This document shows positions 36,296 through 47,588 of a stretch of 64,000 nt of DNA, in pieces. The position numbers and the translations under genes are program-made. Every line of letters begins with the position of its first letter. The first letter of the stretch is position 1. The DNA comes from Myxococcota bacterium (GTDB taxonomy: Bacteria; Myxococcota_A; SURF-8), in assembly GCA_965140415.1 (NCBI GenBank), contig OZ223209.1:3360001-3424000 (forward strand), written 5' to 3'. The notes beneath the pieces were generated by a model. The model made no database searches. It saw nothing but the letters and a program-made list of their open reading frames with translations, and was not told the DNA's origin.

Positions 36296-38242
36296 CTATC
36301 CGGTTTCTTCGGATTTCTTTAAATTCGACGGCAAAATCACACCGGCTTCCGCCTTGGCGTCGGATTGAAGATCCTCTTCCTTTTCGGAAACATCCGGCTT
36401 CTTGCTCGATCCGGGATCGGACGTTTTCCGCTCGATCGACTTGCCTTCCATGATCTGATCGACTTCAGAAGCATCGATCGTCTCGTATTCCAGCAAAGCT
36501 TCCGCCATGGCGTGCAGCTTATCGACATTGTCCGCCAGAGTATTCTTGGCATCCTCATAGCAGTTCTCGACAAGCATTCTGATTTCTTCATCGATGTCGC
36601 GAGCCACTTCATTCGAGTAGTTATTCTGGCGCGTGATTTCCCGCCCCAGGAACAGATGCTCTTCTTTCTTGCCGAAAGTCAACGGACCCAGTTTGTCGCT
36701 CATTCCCCATTCGCACACCATGCGATGCGCCAACTCGGAGGCACGCTGGATATCGTTTCCCGCACCGGTTGTCTTTTCATCGAAAATGAGTTCTTCTGCC
36801 GCTCGTCCGCCCATGGCATAACGAATCGTATTCAGGATGTACGAGCGGGAATGGTTGTACTTATCCTCTTGCGGCAGGGTCTGTGTCAGTCCGAGCGCCA
36901 TGCCGCGCGGAATGATCGTCACCTTTTGGACGGGGTCATAGTTGTCCAACATGGCTGCAACGATGGCATGTCCGGCCTCATGGTAGGCGGTAATCTTCTT
37001 TTCCTCGTCGCTGATAATCATCGAGCGGCGCTCGGTGCCGAGCAGAATCTTGTCTTTTGCCGCTTCGAAGTCGACCATCTCCACACTTTCCTGGCCTCTG
37101 CGAGCCGCCTGCAAAGCCGCCTCGTTGACCAGGTTTTCTAAGTCCGCACCGGAAAATCCAGGCGTTCCTCTCGCGATCACGGACAAATCGACGCTTTCCG
37201 CCAATGGAACACGCCCGGTATGCACTTTCAGGATGCCATGCCGCCCGTTCAGGTCAGGATTCGGCACGACCACTCGTCGGTCAAAGCGACCCGGTCGAAG
37301 CAAAGCCGGATCAAGCACGTCGGGGCGGTTCGTCGCCGCAACCATGATGACACCCTCGTTGGACTCGAAACCGTCCATCTCCACCAGCAGTTGGTTGAGT
37401 GTTTGCTCCCGCTCATCGTGTCCGCCGCCCAAACCGGCGCCACGGTGACGTCCAACCGCATCGATTTCATCGATGAAAATAATACAGGGAGCATTCTTTT
37501 TCCCCTGCTCGAAGAGATCGCGAACGCGGCTCGCGCCCACACCGACGAACATTTCCACGAAATCCGAACCGGAGATCGAGAAGAACGGCACATCCGCCTC
37601 ACCGGCAATCGCGCGAGCGAGCAGTGTCTTTCCAGTTCCCGGTGCGCCCATTAGCAATACGCCCTTGGGAATACGTCCCCCCAGCGAAGTGAAACGCTTG
37701 GGATCTTTCAGGAATTCGATAATCTCTTCCACTTCTTCTTTTGCTTCTTCAATTCCGGCCACGTCCTTGAACGTAACTTTCTTGGATGGCGAACTAAGCA
37801 ATTTTGCACGGGATTTCCCAAAGGACATCGCCTTGCCGCCACCCGACTGAAGCTGGCGCATGAAAAAGAAGAAAATCGCAAAGAGGAAAATCATCGGCAA
37901 CCAGGAGATCAGGAACTGCTGCCAGAAAGCGGCTTCTTCCTCTTTCTCATAGCGAACGATGGTTCCGCCTTCGATCAATTTGTCTAAGTACTTCTCTAAA
38001 ACCGGGCCTTCCGTCCGAAAACGTGTCCCATCATCGAGCACACCTTCGATTACCGATCCTTTTACCAGAACCTCAGCAACTCGTTCTGTACTTTCCGGCT
38101 GGCTTTTTTCGAGGAACGAAACGAACTCGTTAAATGTGATTTCTTTGCGATTCGAACGCGGGTCGTTGATCATGTACATGATGCTCAACAGCATCAGGAT
38201 CAACAGAATCCAAAGAATGGCTGTCTTTTGTGATTGTTTCAA
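36296..38242 (-). CDS. ftsH: ATP-dependent zinc metalloprotease FtsH
   Basis: [19 protein letters not shown]; two TM helices. Confidence 0.97.
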   Translation of the reverse strand: MKQSQKTAILWILLILMLLSIMYMINDPRSNRKEITFNEFVSFLEKSQPESTERVAEVLVKGSVIEGVLDDGTRFRTEGPVLEKYLDKLIEGGTIVRYEKEEEAAFWQQFLISWLPMIFLFAIFFFFMRQLQSGGGKAMSFGKSRAKLLSSPSKKVTFKDVAGIEEAKEEVEEIIEFLKDPKRFTSLGGRIPKGVLLMGAPGTGKTLLARAIAGEADVPFFSISGSDFVEMFVGVGASRVRDLFEQGKKNAPCIIFIDEIDAVGRHRGAGLGGGHDEREQTLNQLLVEMDGFESNEGVIMVAATNRPDVLDPALLRPGRFDRRVVVPNPDLNGRHGILKVHTGRVPLAESVDLSVIARGTPGFSGADLENLVNEAALQAARRGQESVEMVDFEAAKDKILLGTERRSMIISDEEKKITAYHEAGHAIVAAMLDNYDPVQKVTIIPRGMALGLTQTLPQEDKYNHSRSYILNTIRYAMGGRAAEELIFDEKTTGAGNDIQRASELAHRMVCEWGMSDKLGPLTFGKKEEHLFLGREITRQNNYSNEVARDIDEEIRMLVENCYEDAKNTLADNVDKLHAMAEALLEYETIDASEVDQIMEGKSIERKTSDPGSSKKPDVSEKEEDLQSDAKAEAGVILPSNLKKSEETG

Positions 38243-38656
38243 ACCTAACTCTCTTTATTTTCTTGCTTTTTGTTGCTTCCCAGTTTGTGTCTCGACATTC
38301 GACCGTCCTGAATTAAATATAATAGCATAAGGACTTGGAATATCCAAACAATATTAGCTTTCTCAGGTCCTCAAGTACTACTTTTTCAGAGCGATTCACA
38401 AACAAAATTATGCCCGTTTTCGTGCCGACACAACCCATCTCCAATTTATAACAACTTCTACCCTGAAAATAGTCCACAAATTCGAAATAAATACCGACTT
38501 CAAGGCGGCAAATTCTCCCGCCCAAGGGAAATCCCTCTCCCCATAAAAGCTTTCGTTTCTTCGCGCTTTTCTGTTGAACTTCTTATCGTAAATTAGTATA
38601 GTCCATTCAATATCTTTTAATGATATTCTATTCGCAAACACAGGAGAGCTAAAATC

Positions 38657-41600
38657 ATGAAAAAAGCAAGATGGATCATACTGTTGGCCTTCTTTGTCTT
38701 TGTCGCAACGGCTTCAGGTTGCGGCGACAACGGAAGCGATGACCCGGATGGTGATCAGGAAACGGCTTCTGAAGACGATTCTTCAGAGGACGCAGACAGC
38801 GACTGGCCACCTTTCATCGACGGCGATCAGACTGACGGCGATCAAACCGACGGCGATCAAACCGACGGCGATCAAACTGATGGCGATCAAACTGACGGCG
38901 ATCAAACTGACGGCGATCAAACCGACGGCGATCAAACTGATGGCGATCAAACTGACGGCGATCAGATTGATGGTGACGGTATCGATGGCGATCAGCCGGA
39001 TGGAGATCTAATCGACGGTGACGGTATCGATGGCGATCAGCCGGATGGAGATCTAATCGACGGTGACGGTATCGACGGCGATGTCGTTGATGGCGACTAC
39101 GTCGATGGCGATACTGACGATGAAGAGCCCGGAATTACGGAATGTCGTCAACTGGATGGCGGCCAATCCGGCGAAGTCTGTACCGTCGAGCAGGGAAATG
39201 ACGTCCTGCTCATCCGAGGCAACCTGCTTACACCGACCGGTGTACTTGTTGGTGGCGATCTGCTGATTTCGGCTGGCGGCACGATTTTGTGTGTGGACTG
39301 CGACTGCACGGACGAAGCGGAAGCAGACGGAGCGACGGTAATCACCTGCCCCGAAGGCGTGGTGTCACCCGGTTTGATCAACGCCCACGACCATATGACC
39401 TTCACCCAGAATTCTCCTGGAAGCTGGGGCACGGAGCGTTACGAGCAGCGCCACGACTGGCGCAAAGGCAAGCGCGGTCATACGAAGATTTCCGTTCCCG
39501 GCTATGCCAATGGTCGCGAGATGGCCTGGGGCGAATTGCGTCAGGTGCTTAGCGGAACGACTTCCATCGCCGGATCGGGCGGTGCATCCGGTTTCCTGCG
39601 AAACCTGGACAGCGTCAGCAACCAGGAACAGCTTAACCAGGACATGGTGGACTACAGCACGTTCCCGCTGGGAGACAGCGACGGCACCCAGTTGACCGAC
39701 AGCTGCAACTATCCCGACGTCGAGCAGCCGGGGGAAGTGTTGGATGTGGATTGTTACCTGCCTCATGTGGCGGAAGGCATTGACGCCGTAGCCCGTAACG
39801 AATTTCTCTGTGTCAGCGATCCTCAGTACGGAGTGGACTTGACCGAGGCGAACAGCGCCTATATTCACGCGGTGGGCTTGCGCGCGATCGATGGCCAGGA
39901 ACTGGCAACCAACGGCACCTCCGTGGTATGGTCGCCGCGCACCAATGTTTCGCTTTACGGCAACACCGCGCCGGTTACGATGTTCGATGCTCAGGGCGTT
40001 TTGATCGGACTGGGAACCGACTGGACCGCCTCCGGCTCTGTCAACATGCTGCGCGAATTGCAATGCGCCTCATTCCTGAATAACAACTATTACAATCACT
40101 ACTTCAGCTATCGCGAACTGTGGCTGATGGCCACTCGAAACAGCGCAATGGCTTTGGCCGTAGACGACGCCATCGGCGAATTGCGCGTCGGCCTGGTAGC
40201 GGATATCGCGATATACAACGGCATCGGCTTCGAGAATTACTACGAAGCGGTGGTCGAAGCCGAGATTCAGAATGTGACCCTCGTTCTGCGTGCCGGCTGG
40301 CCGATTTCCGGTGACACCAACATCATGGCCTTGATCCCCAACGGTCAAACCGGTTGCGAAGCCGTTCCCGGCGACGTTTGCTCGGTGAGCAAGACCGTTT
40401 GCGCGCTTCGGGAAACCGGTTACACCTACAGCGCATTAGCTGCGGAAAACACCGAATCTTACGGCCTTTTCTTCTGCGGCGTGCCGACCAACGAGCCATC
40501 CTGCGTACCCTTCCGAAACGGAGAATCGGTCGTCGGTATGCGCTATACAGGCGTGATAACAGACACCGACCGCGACGGCGACGGCATCGCGGACGCCGAA
40601 GATAACTGCCCGGATATCTTCAACCCGATCCGGCCTTTGGATAATGACATTCAGGCCGATCACGACCAGGACGGCGTTGGCGATGTATGCGATGTCTGCC
40701 CGATGGACGCCGACACCAGCAATTGCTCGGTGCCCAATCCAAACGACCGGGATGGCGACGGCTACGAAAACAGCGAGGATAATTGCCCGAGCGACTATAA
40801 CCCGGGCCAGGAAGATGACGACAACGACGAAATCGGTAATCTCTGCGATGCCTGCCCGAATGTATACAATCCGAACAACACGCCCTGCCCTGCCAGCATC
40901 TACGACATCAAGCACGGCGATCTCGATGTCGGCACGAGAGTTGAAATCACCGGTATCGTCACTGCCGTCAGCGGTGGAAAATTCTTCGTTCAAACTCCGG
41001 AAGCGGATTACGATGCGACCTACGGCGCGCAATACAGCGCGGTTTACGTTTACATCCCTGCCTACCTCGAAGAAAACTTCACCCTGCCTGTAATCGGCGA
41101 TCTGGTTGTCGTTGGTGCGACCATCAACAACTATTATGGTCAGATCCAATTGGACAGCGTAGAAAGTCTGGTCATTTCGGATAACAACCAGACTCTGCCC
41201 GAACCCGTTGTCGTTGCCGCAGCGGATGTCGCGACCGACGGCAGCCAAGCTGCAGCATTGGAAGCCGTTCTGCTTACCGTCGAAGATGGCGAAATCACCT
41301 TGTTGAATCCGCCCGCCGGCTCCGGCGATCAAGACCCCACCAACGAGTTCGTTCTTGAAAGCTCGCTTCGCGTAAACGACTTCTTCTTCCTGGCAGATCC
41401 CTTCCCGGAGATCGGCGATGTGCTGACCGTGACCGGCGTGCTGCGCTATGCCAATGGTGATTCCAAGCTTGAACCGCGCGATACAAACGATATCGTATAC
41501 GTAACAACTGCGCCTCCGGTACTCGAGACCTTCGGTCCCTCGCCGGTTTACATCGACGAAGGTGAAACCGATGCCGTAACAATCCCGGAACTGGTTATCA

Positions 41601-42631
41601 CGTTGAATCGCCCGGCGCCAGAAGGAGGAACCGTGGTCGATCTGGAAAGCGACACGCCCTCCGTTCTGTCGGTGGATAGCAGTATCACCGTTGCAGCAGG
41701 CGAGCGTACGGCGACCGTGCTCGTCACGGGCGTTTTGGGAAGTCAGACTCCCGCCACGATTACCGCCTCTTTAGGCGATGACACACTGGATGCGGAAGTG
41801 GTCGTCATTTCTCCGACCCGCGTTCCCAAGCCGGTTGGCCTGTCCCCGGACCCGGTTGCGATTCTGGTTGATGGCGTTGCGGAAGTCACGGTAACGCTGG
41901 ACATTCCGGCCCGGTCGGGCGGCACGACCTGCGACATTCTCGTAACCGACACGCAAATTGTGACAGCCCCAGCCGACGTCACGGTGCCTGAAGGCGAATT
42001 CTCCGCCATGTTCGATATGACGGCGCAAGGCGAAGGTGAAACGGACTTCAGCGTTTCCACGCTGGCTGGCGAAGTTACCGCCGACATCGTCGTTTCCGAT
42101 ACACCCGCGCTGGGCCTGATTCTTTCGGAAGTTTACTACGACCACCCCAGCACCGATGACAGCTACGAGTGGATCGAAATCTACAACGGCAGCGGCCAGG
42201 CTCAGGATCTGTCCGGCTACTCGATCGGCAACGGCGGAACCGACTACACCTACTTGGTTGTGCAATTATCCGGTACGATTGAAAACGGCGAATGCTTCGT
42301 CATCGGTGGACCGTTGGCCAATGACGACAACGGCAATCCCACTTACGATCAATCGATCAACTTCGATCCTGATTTGCAGAATTCGGGAGACACCGCAGAC
42401 GGCGTGGCGCTTTTCAACGTGCCGGCCAACCAGGTTACAGCCGCAACGGTGCCAATCGATGCCGTGATCTATGGAACGACCAACACGAATAATCTTCTCG
42501 ATGAATCCGGCTCGGCTGGCAATGTGGATGTCGGCGATGCTTCCGCGACTTCCTCTATCTCGAGAACGTCAACGGGCTGGGAAATTTTAAGTTCACCCAC
42601 GCCGAACGATTGCTCCGCGTTGATGAGATAG
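38657..42631 (+). CDS. Large lipoprotein: DGDxx repeats, amidohydrolase domain, thrombospondin type-3-like repeats, OB/Ig-like domains, lamin-tail domain
   Basis: Lipobox ASGC; PGLINAHDH, HVAEG, LGTDW; DxDGDG...DNCP repeats; LILSEVYYD...EWIEIYN. Confidence 0.82.
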   Translation: MKKARWIILLAFFVFVATASGCGDNGSDDPDGDQETASEDDSSEDADSDWPPFIDGDQTDGDQTDGDQTDGDQTDGDQTDGDQTDGDQTDGDQTDGDQTDGDQIDGDGIDGDQPDGDLIDGDGIDGDQPDGDLIDGDGIDGDVVDGDYVDGDTDDEEPGITECRQLDGGQSGEVCTVEQGNDVLLIRGNLLTPTGVLVGGDLLISAGGTILCVDCDCTDEAEADGATVITCPEGVVSPGLINAHDHMTFTQNSPGSWGTERYEQRHDWRKGKRGHTKISVPGYANGREMAWGELRQVLSGTTSIAGSGGASGFLRNLDSVSNQEQLNQDMVDYSTFPLGDSDGTQLTDSCNYPDVEQPGEVLDVDCYLPHVAEGIDAVARNEFLCVSDPQYGVDLTEANSAYIHAVGLRAIDGQELATNGTSVVWSPRTNVSLYGNTAPVTMFDAQGVLIGLGTDWTASGSVNMLRELQCASFLNNNYYNHYFSYRELWLMATRNSAMALAVDDAIGELRVGLVADIAIYNGIGFENYYEAVVEAEIQNVTLVLRAGWPISGDTNIMALIPNGQTGCEAVPGDVCSVSKTVCALRETGYTYSALAAENTESYGLFFCGVPTNEPSCVPFRNGESVVGMRYTGVITDTDRDGDGIADAEDNCPDIFNPIRPLDNDIQADHDQDGVGDVCDVCPMDADTSNCSVPNPNDRDGDGYENSEDNCPSDYNPGQEDDDNDEIGNLCDACPNVYNPNNTPCPASIYDIKHGDLDVGTRVEITGIVTAVSGGKFFVQTPEADYDATYGAQYSAVYVYIPAYLEENFTLPVIGDLVVVGATINNYYGQIQLDSVESLVISDNNQTLPEPVVVAAADVATDGSQAAALEAVLLTVEDGEITLLNPPAGSGDQDPTNEFVLESSLRVNDFFFLADPFPEIGDVLTVTGVLRYANGDSKLEPRDTNDIVYVTTAPPVLETFGPSPVYIDEGETDAVTIPELVITLNRPAPEGGTVVDLESDTPSVLSVDSSITVAAGERTATVLVTGVLGSQTPATITASLGDDTLDAEVVVISPTRVPKPVGLSPDPVAILVDGVAEVTVTLDIPARSGGTTCDILVTDTQIVTAPADVTVPEGEFSAMFDMTAQGEGETDFSVSTLAGEVTADIVVSDTPALGLILSEVYYDHPSTDDSYEWIEIYNGSGQAQDLSGYSIGNGGTDYTYLVVQLSGTIENGECFVIGGPLANDDNGNPTYDQSINFDPDLQNSGDTADGVALFNVPANQVTAATVPIDAVIYGTTNTNNLLDESGSAGNVDVGDASATSSISRTSTGWEILSSPTPNDCSALMR
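38819..39118 (+). repeat. 15-bp coding tandem repeat, 20 units encoding DGDxx
   Basis: GA(C/T)GGCGATCA(A/G)AC(C/T) x9, then 11 diverged units. Confidence 0.93.
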
Positions 42632-42653
42632 CAAACAAGTTTCCATAACCACG

Positions 42654-42689
42654 AAAACGGCGCGTCTGTAACAAGGCGCGCCGTTTTTT
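42654..42689 (+). terminator. Intrinsic terminator
   Basis: AAAACGGCGCG...CGCGCCGTTTTTT. Confidence 0.85.
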
Positions 42690-42846
42690 GTTGTGCGACT
42701 GCGCCTCGACAAGATTGACTTACTTATACGCCACGCCTGCCGACTTCCAACCTCTGTTGGATGACTGTATTTTTATATGGTTTTATTCATGCAAGAATGA
42801 TTCAATCAATTACGAAAACAGGATTAAACGAGTAGGATTCCTCGAC

Positions 42847-43023
42847 ATGCACAGAAGTCATATTCACAGAAATAATAGTAAACAAGAAACAGAGAATTCA
42901 GAAACGAAACATCGAAAATTACCAAGAGACGATAATTTTGATCTTTTCATCAAGGGATTCACAGATTTTATTATTGGCGCATTAACCATCGGAACGATTC
43001 TCTACTTCTTATTCTGGTCTTAA
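42847..43023 (+). CDS. Small membrane protein, hypothetical
   Basis: 58 aa from MHRSH with a C-terminal hydrophobic helix; AGGA upstream. Confidence 0.4.
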   Translation: MHRSHIHRNNSKQETENSETKHRKLPRDDNFDLFIKGFTDFIIGALTIGTILYFLFWS

Positions 43024-43592
43024 GTATATCCTTGCAGAAAAACAACTAAGTGTTGGATATGCAATTTTCCGATGCCTTTACACGTCCTGCCGGTCCGAAT
43101 TTGGTCGCCACGACGTGTAAATTGACACCGAGTAAGACCGAAAAACCCAATGAAAAACTCTAAAAAATCTCGTCTGAAACGATTGTACTGGTCGTTTACG
43201 GTCAGTTAGTGTGCTTTTGGCGCCCTTTGCGGCAGGGGGCTTTACAAGTTACAGTTCTGGGCGGATCAAGTGCTAAACAGTCGTTTAATTTCCATCCTGA
43301 TTCCCGATTTTTGTATTTTTGACTCCCAACCAGATATATCACAAGATATTGCAATTATCTTTCAAAGTGGGCGACGTGTGGCATGGGCGAAGCGAAGAAA
43401 AACGGAGCTTGCCCATGTGGATTTCGAACACGGGCAAGCCTGCTGCTTAGCCCGCGCCACCCTGAAATCAGACTATCCCGCAACACCTTGCGCCACCCCT
43501 CCCAACCAGCCACCATACTCCATCCTGGACGAGAAATGCCCGACCTGTTACACTCTTTTTACTCGCTCGTTAAATCATGGAGGAAACAGCGG

Positions 43593-44669
43593 ATGTTATT
43601 TCCAAGGAACGTGCTGGGCGGATTTCTGATTGCAATCATGCTGCTCGTCGGCTGCTCCAGCGACGAGGTCGATTCCATTACAACGGATGGCGATTTAATT
43701 GATGGCGACGTTGACATGGAAATCGAAATAGAATCCGATTCCATTGGCAGCATCGACTTCACGGTGGTGACGTTCAATACGGGAACCAGCGAAGGCATGG
43801 GGCACGACGAAGGCCCGGACGATGGCTATACGGAAGTTCAAGCTGCGATTTCAGATGAATGGTACGGCGACGGCCTGGCATGGAATCCGGCGATTGCGGC
43901 CACATCCGAGTTTTTCACCGAAGTCGATCCCGACATCGTGGTGTTTCAAGAAATTTTCTACAGCGGCGAATGCGTCGATATTCCAGAGGATGCACACAGC
44001 GATTTCGTTTGCGAAACCTGGCAGGCGGGCGATCCGACTGTGGCACAAATCGTATTGGGCGACGACTGGCAGGTGCTCTGTCATTTGGGAAAATCGGATA
44101 AATGCGCGGCGGTGAATCGACGCTTCGGCAGTTTTCGCGGCTGCGAAAGCGACTTCTGCTTGGAAGGTCTAGACGGCTTCAAAGTCGAAGGCTGTGGGTC
44201 GGGATCGCGTATCGGCCGAGGAGTCATCGAGCTGGTTTCAGGCGGGACACTCACGCTGGTCAACGTTCATGGATCTTCAGGTATAAAAACCGACGACAAA
44301 GAGTGTCGCGAAAAACAATTCAGTCAGGTTTTCGAAGATTTCGGCGACGGTCAACCGGCGGCGAATGGCAGTGTCAATCTCATTCTCGGCGACTTCAACA
44401 CCGACCCGGCGCGCATGCAGGAATCCGATCCCAGCGCTCAAAAGATCAACGAGCATGTAGGAGAAGGAAAAACCTTTCATTTTCATACGGAAGTCGGAAC
44501 GGATGTCACCGGCACCTATGCGGGCTTATTCAATATCGATCACGTAATAAGCGATTCTCTAAGCGGGGACTGCTGGCACGCAGGAGTAAGCGAAGGACAT
44601 CCAGCCGTTACGGAGGCAAAGTATTTCGATCACGTCCCCGCCGTTTGCAGGCTTTCTTTAAAACCATGA
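43593..44669 (+). CDS. Endonuclease/exonuclease/phosphatase-family lipoprotein
   Basis: Lipobox LVGC; VTFN, DIVVFQE, GDFN, IDHV and DH motifs; GGAGG upstream of MLFPR. Confidence 0.85.
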   Translation: MLFPRNVLGGFLIAIMLLVGCSSDEVDSITTDGDLIDGDVDMEIEIESDSIGSIDFTVVTFNTGTSEGMGHDEGPDDGYTEVQAAISDEWYGDGLAWNPAIAATSEFFTEVDPDIVVFQEIFYSGECVDIPEDAHSDFVCETWQAGDPTVAQIVLGDDWQVLCHLGKSDKCAAVNRRFGSFRGCESDFCLEGLDGFKVEGCGSGSRIGRGVIELVSGGTLTLVNVHGSSGIKTDDKECREKQFSQVFEDFGDGQPAANGSVNLILGDFNTDPARMQESDPSAQKINEHVGEGKTFHFHTEVGTDVTGTYAGLFNIDHVISDSLSGDCWHAGVSEGHPAVTEAKYFDHVPAVCRLSLKP

Positions 44670-44697
44670 TGACAAAAGAACCTGAAACAGAAAAAGC

Positions 44698-45780
44698 CTA
44701 CAACCACTTTTTTTTCTTCAGGTAAACAATGAAGCCTAGAGCAACTGCGGCCATGCCACCTAATGCGAAAAAATAACCGTAACGAAATTCCAACTCAGGC
44801 ATGTATTTGAAGTTCATGCCATACAATCCGGCGATAAAGCTTAGTGGAATGAAGATCGTTGCAATCAGGGTCAAGACGCGCATCACTTCGTTCATCCGGT
44901 TACTGATGCTGGACAGGTAGACATCGATCAAGCCGGTTGTAATATCGCGGTAGTGCTCCACCAATTCGATGACTTGAAGCACATGGTCCTGACAGTCGCG
45001 AATGAACAATGCGTTTTCGCCCTGGAAATGCGCGGATTCTTCACGCAACAACGTACTGACCAGTTCCCGCATCGGCCACACGGTACGTCGGATGTTGACC
45101 AGATCACGCTTGATCGAATGCAGCCTGGCCACCGTCGATTTCTCCGGTTCTTCCAAGACCTCTTCTTCCAGATCCTCCAAACGTTCGCCGAAGGTTTCCA
45201 ACAATGGATAAAAATGATCCACAACGGAATCCAGCAGCGCATAGGAGAGATAACCGGAGCCAACGCGAATGCGCCGCTTGCCTTTTCGTAAACGATCGCG
45301 AACGCCATCGAAGCAATCGCCCGGACGCTCCTGAAAACTCAGTACGAAATGATCTCCGACAAACAAGCTGATCTGTTCGCTGCTCAAGCCGGGATCGAGC
45401 GTGACATAACGCAGCACCATAAACGTCGTGTCGTCATAATCTTCCACCTTGCAACGCTGGTTGACATTCAATACGTCTTCCAAGGCCAAGCGGTGCAAGT
45501 TGAAATGTTCGCCAAGCTGCTGGATGACGGTGAGATCCTCCATACCAACGACATTCACCCAGACGCACGGCCACTTCTTCATCAACCCCGTCAAATCATC
45601 TACCTGTCGGATGATGCATTCTTCATACTCATCCGGCTCGCTTTCGGGTCGATAGCCGAAGCATTCTATTGTTGTGGGTACGGCATTCGGATGAGCGACC
45701 AAGGTTCCAGGTGCGACGCCCGGCTGAATCGAGCGCCCTTCCGGTCGCAATAGACTTTTCAAGGTCCACCACTGTTTCAT
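44698..45780 (-). CDS. corA: Magnesium/cobalt transporter CorA
   Basis: YGMNF signature, MPEL loop. Confidence 0.95.
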   Translation of the reverse strand: MKQWWTLKSLLRPEGRSIQPGVAPGTLVAHPNAVPTTIECFGYRPESEPDEYEECIIRQVDDLTGLMKKWPCVWVNVVGMEDLTVIQQLGEHFNLHRLALEDVLNVNQRCKVEDYDDTTFMVLRYVTLDPGLSSEQISLFVGDHFVLSFQERPGDCFDGVRDRLRKGKRRIRVGSGYLSYALLDSVVDHFYPLLETFGERLEDLEEEVLEEPEKSTVARLHSIKRDLVNIRRTVWPMRELVSTLLREESAHFQGENALFIRDCQDHVLQVIELVEHYRDITTGLIDVYLSSISNRMNEVMRVLTLIATIFIPLSFIAGLYGMNFKYMPELEFRYGYFFALGGMAAVALGFIVYLKKKKWL

Positions 45781-45797
45781 GTCGTCGCCCCTTTTCT

Positions 45798-46691
45798 CTA
45801 ATTCACTGCCGCCTTGCCCAAGTTACTCAGCGCCTCGGATACCGGCGCATCCAGATGCACGTCTACCTGCGGGAACGCAATGACGATACCCGCCTCTTTA
45901 AAGGCAAACCAGATCGCCTCTCGCAGTTCGGCCATGAACAAGCGCTGACGCCAGGGTTCGCTCAGCGAAAGAAACACGCTGAAATTGACGGAAGAATCCC
46001 CAAACTCCTGCATCATGACGCGCGGCTCGGTTCCTTTCAGTTTCCAAGGCATGGCGTTTGCCGTTTCCAACAAAACCTTCTTTACCTTGGCCATATCCGA
46101 ACTGTAGCTGACTCCGACACTCACTCCGGTTGAATAAACGCTGTCTTTCATCGTGAAGTTCTTTACCGTGGCCTGCGAAAAGATGGCGTTGGGAATGATC
46201 AGGTCTTCATCGCGCCAGGTACGCACGACGGTGGTGCGAATGCGCATGTCCATGACTTTGACCACGTTGCCATCGACCTCTAAAATATCGCCGGGTTTGA
46301 TACTGCGCTCGACCAGCAGAATGATGCCCGAAACGAAATTCTGGATCACATTCTGCATGGCGAAACCAATTGCGATGGCAAACACGGCTCCGGCGGCGAA
46401 CAACGCGCTCATGTCGATGCCGATCGTTTGCAATCCGATTCCAAAACCAACCAGCATGATCATGTAGTGAATCAAACGCTTTATTGCTTCAAAGGTGCCT
46501 TCCTGACCTGCGAATCGCTTGGCAAATGCGCGCTCGGAAGCTCGCTGAATCACGTAGGAAAGCACGACACTGCCGGCAATGATAATGAGAAATACGACAA
46601 TCGAAAGTATCGTGACTTCGGTACCGGCAAGTTTAAACAGCGGTTTCGTCATTCCTTTGTCCATCCAACCCAACACGGCATCCACTTCCAT
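45798..46691 (-). CDS. Small-conductance mechanosensitive channel (MscS family)
   Basis: IGFAMQNVIQNFVSGIILL...GD...IIPN. Confidence 0.92.
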   Translation of the reverse strand: MEVDAVLGWMDKGMTKPLFKLAGTEVTILSIVVFLIIIAGSVVLSYVIQRASERAFAKRFAGQEGTFEAIKRLIHYMIMLVGFGIGLQTIGIDMSALFAAGAVFAIAIGFAMQNVIQNFVSGIILLVERSIKPGDILEVDGNVVKVMDMRIRTTVVRTWRDEDLIIPNAIFSQATVKNFTMKDSVYSTGVSVGVSYSSDMAKVKKVLLETANAMPWKLKGTEPRVMMQEFGDSSVNFSVFLSLSEPWRQRLFMAELREAIWFAFKEAGIVIAFPQVDVHLDAPVSEALSNLGKAAVN

Positions 46692-46924
46692 TATGACCTC
46701 CCCAAGTTCAGATCGCCATGAGTTTCACTGGTTGGCATAGTATACCACCAAGCCAATCGATCATACAAAAAAGGAGCGACAGGACTGCCACTCCAAATAA
46801 CCTTACGAATTGTCGGCAAGCTACTTTTTTCCAATCCACAAGGCTCACCATCGAGGAAGGGAAAAGAAAGCCACCCGCACTTTTCATTCGAATTGGGAGA
46901 AAGCCTCGGAAACGGAAGTTGGAT

Positions 46925-47506
46925 CTACTTTTTCGGCTCCAGAGCCTTCAAGACATCGAACAGCTTCTGATTTGTTGGAATGTCCGACATGCCATTGCTG
47001 TAATAGGCGTAGACCAGTTTTCCGCCTTGATCCACAATAAACAGGGCGGGCATCAAGCCTAGTTTGGACGCTTTCCATTGCTGGTGATACAGATCTCCAA
47101 GCGTAGCTTCCGGGTCGGGAATACCGATATAGGGCAAGTTCTCTTTTTGCCAGTATGATTTCACTTTTTCAACAGAGTGACGAGCCACGACAGCGATGTT
47201 TGCGTGATGTTCCTGAAACGTACTGAAATCGTCTCGCATCTGACCTAGATGCTCACGGCTGTAAGGTCAACCAAAACCCCGCAGGAAAACCAAAACCACC
47301 GGACCGTTCTGCTGTAATTCGGAAAGCTTGACTTGTTTGCCGTCAAAAGACGTGGCCGTGAAACCGGGGGCCGTTTTTCCAACTGCCAACAGATTTTCGT
47401 TTTTATCCGTCGCAGAACACGCAGAGAGGGACAAGAACAGCCCAAGCATTAGGAGAAATGTCATCGTGACATGCCATCTCGAACGATATGATGCGGTTAT
47501 CTTCAT
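46925..47506 (-). CDS. AhpC/TSA (peroxiredoxin-like) exported selenoprotein candidate, UGA at 47267-47269
   Basis: The 79-aa and 104-aa ORFs are in one frame: VGKTAPGF...PVVLVFLRGFG-U-PYSREHLGQMRDD...MPALFIVD; TGA sits at the redox-Cys position and a hairpin follows. Confidence 0.82.
47236..47252 (-). promoter_or_regulatory. Putative bacterial SECIS hairpin
   Basis: GCATCT-AGGTC-AGATGC beginning 14 nt after the in-frame TGA. Confidence 0.7.
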
Positions 47507-47588
47507 TTTATCCCCTTTCGGAAAATGAGTTCATCTTCTTAACTTGGAGTGAAAATCGCGACGTTTCATTTCATAAATCGGTTAAAAA

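Noticed and set aside
38819-39118. Tandem repeat as a possible CRISPR array
   Set aside because: 15-bp units with no spacers, in frame within a lipoprotein, with mostly synonymous variation; no cas genes.
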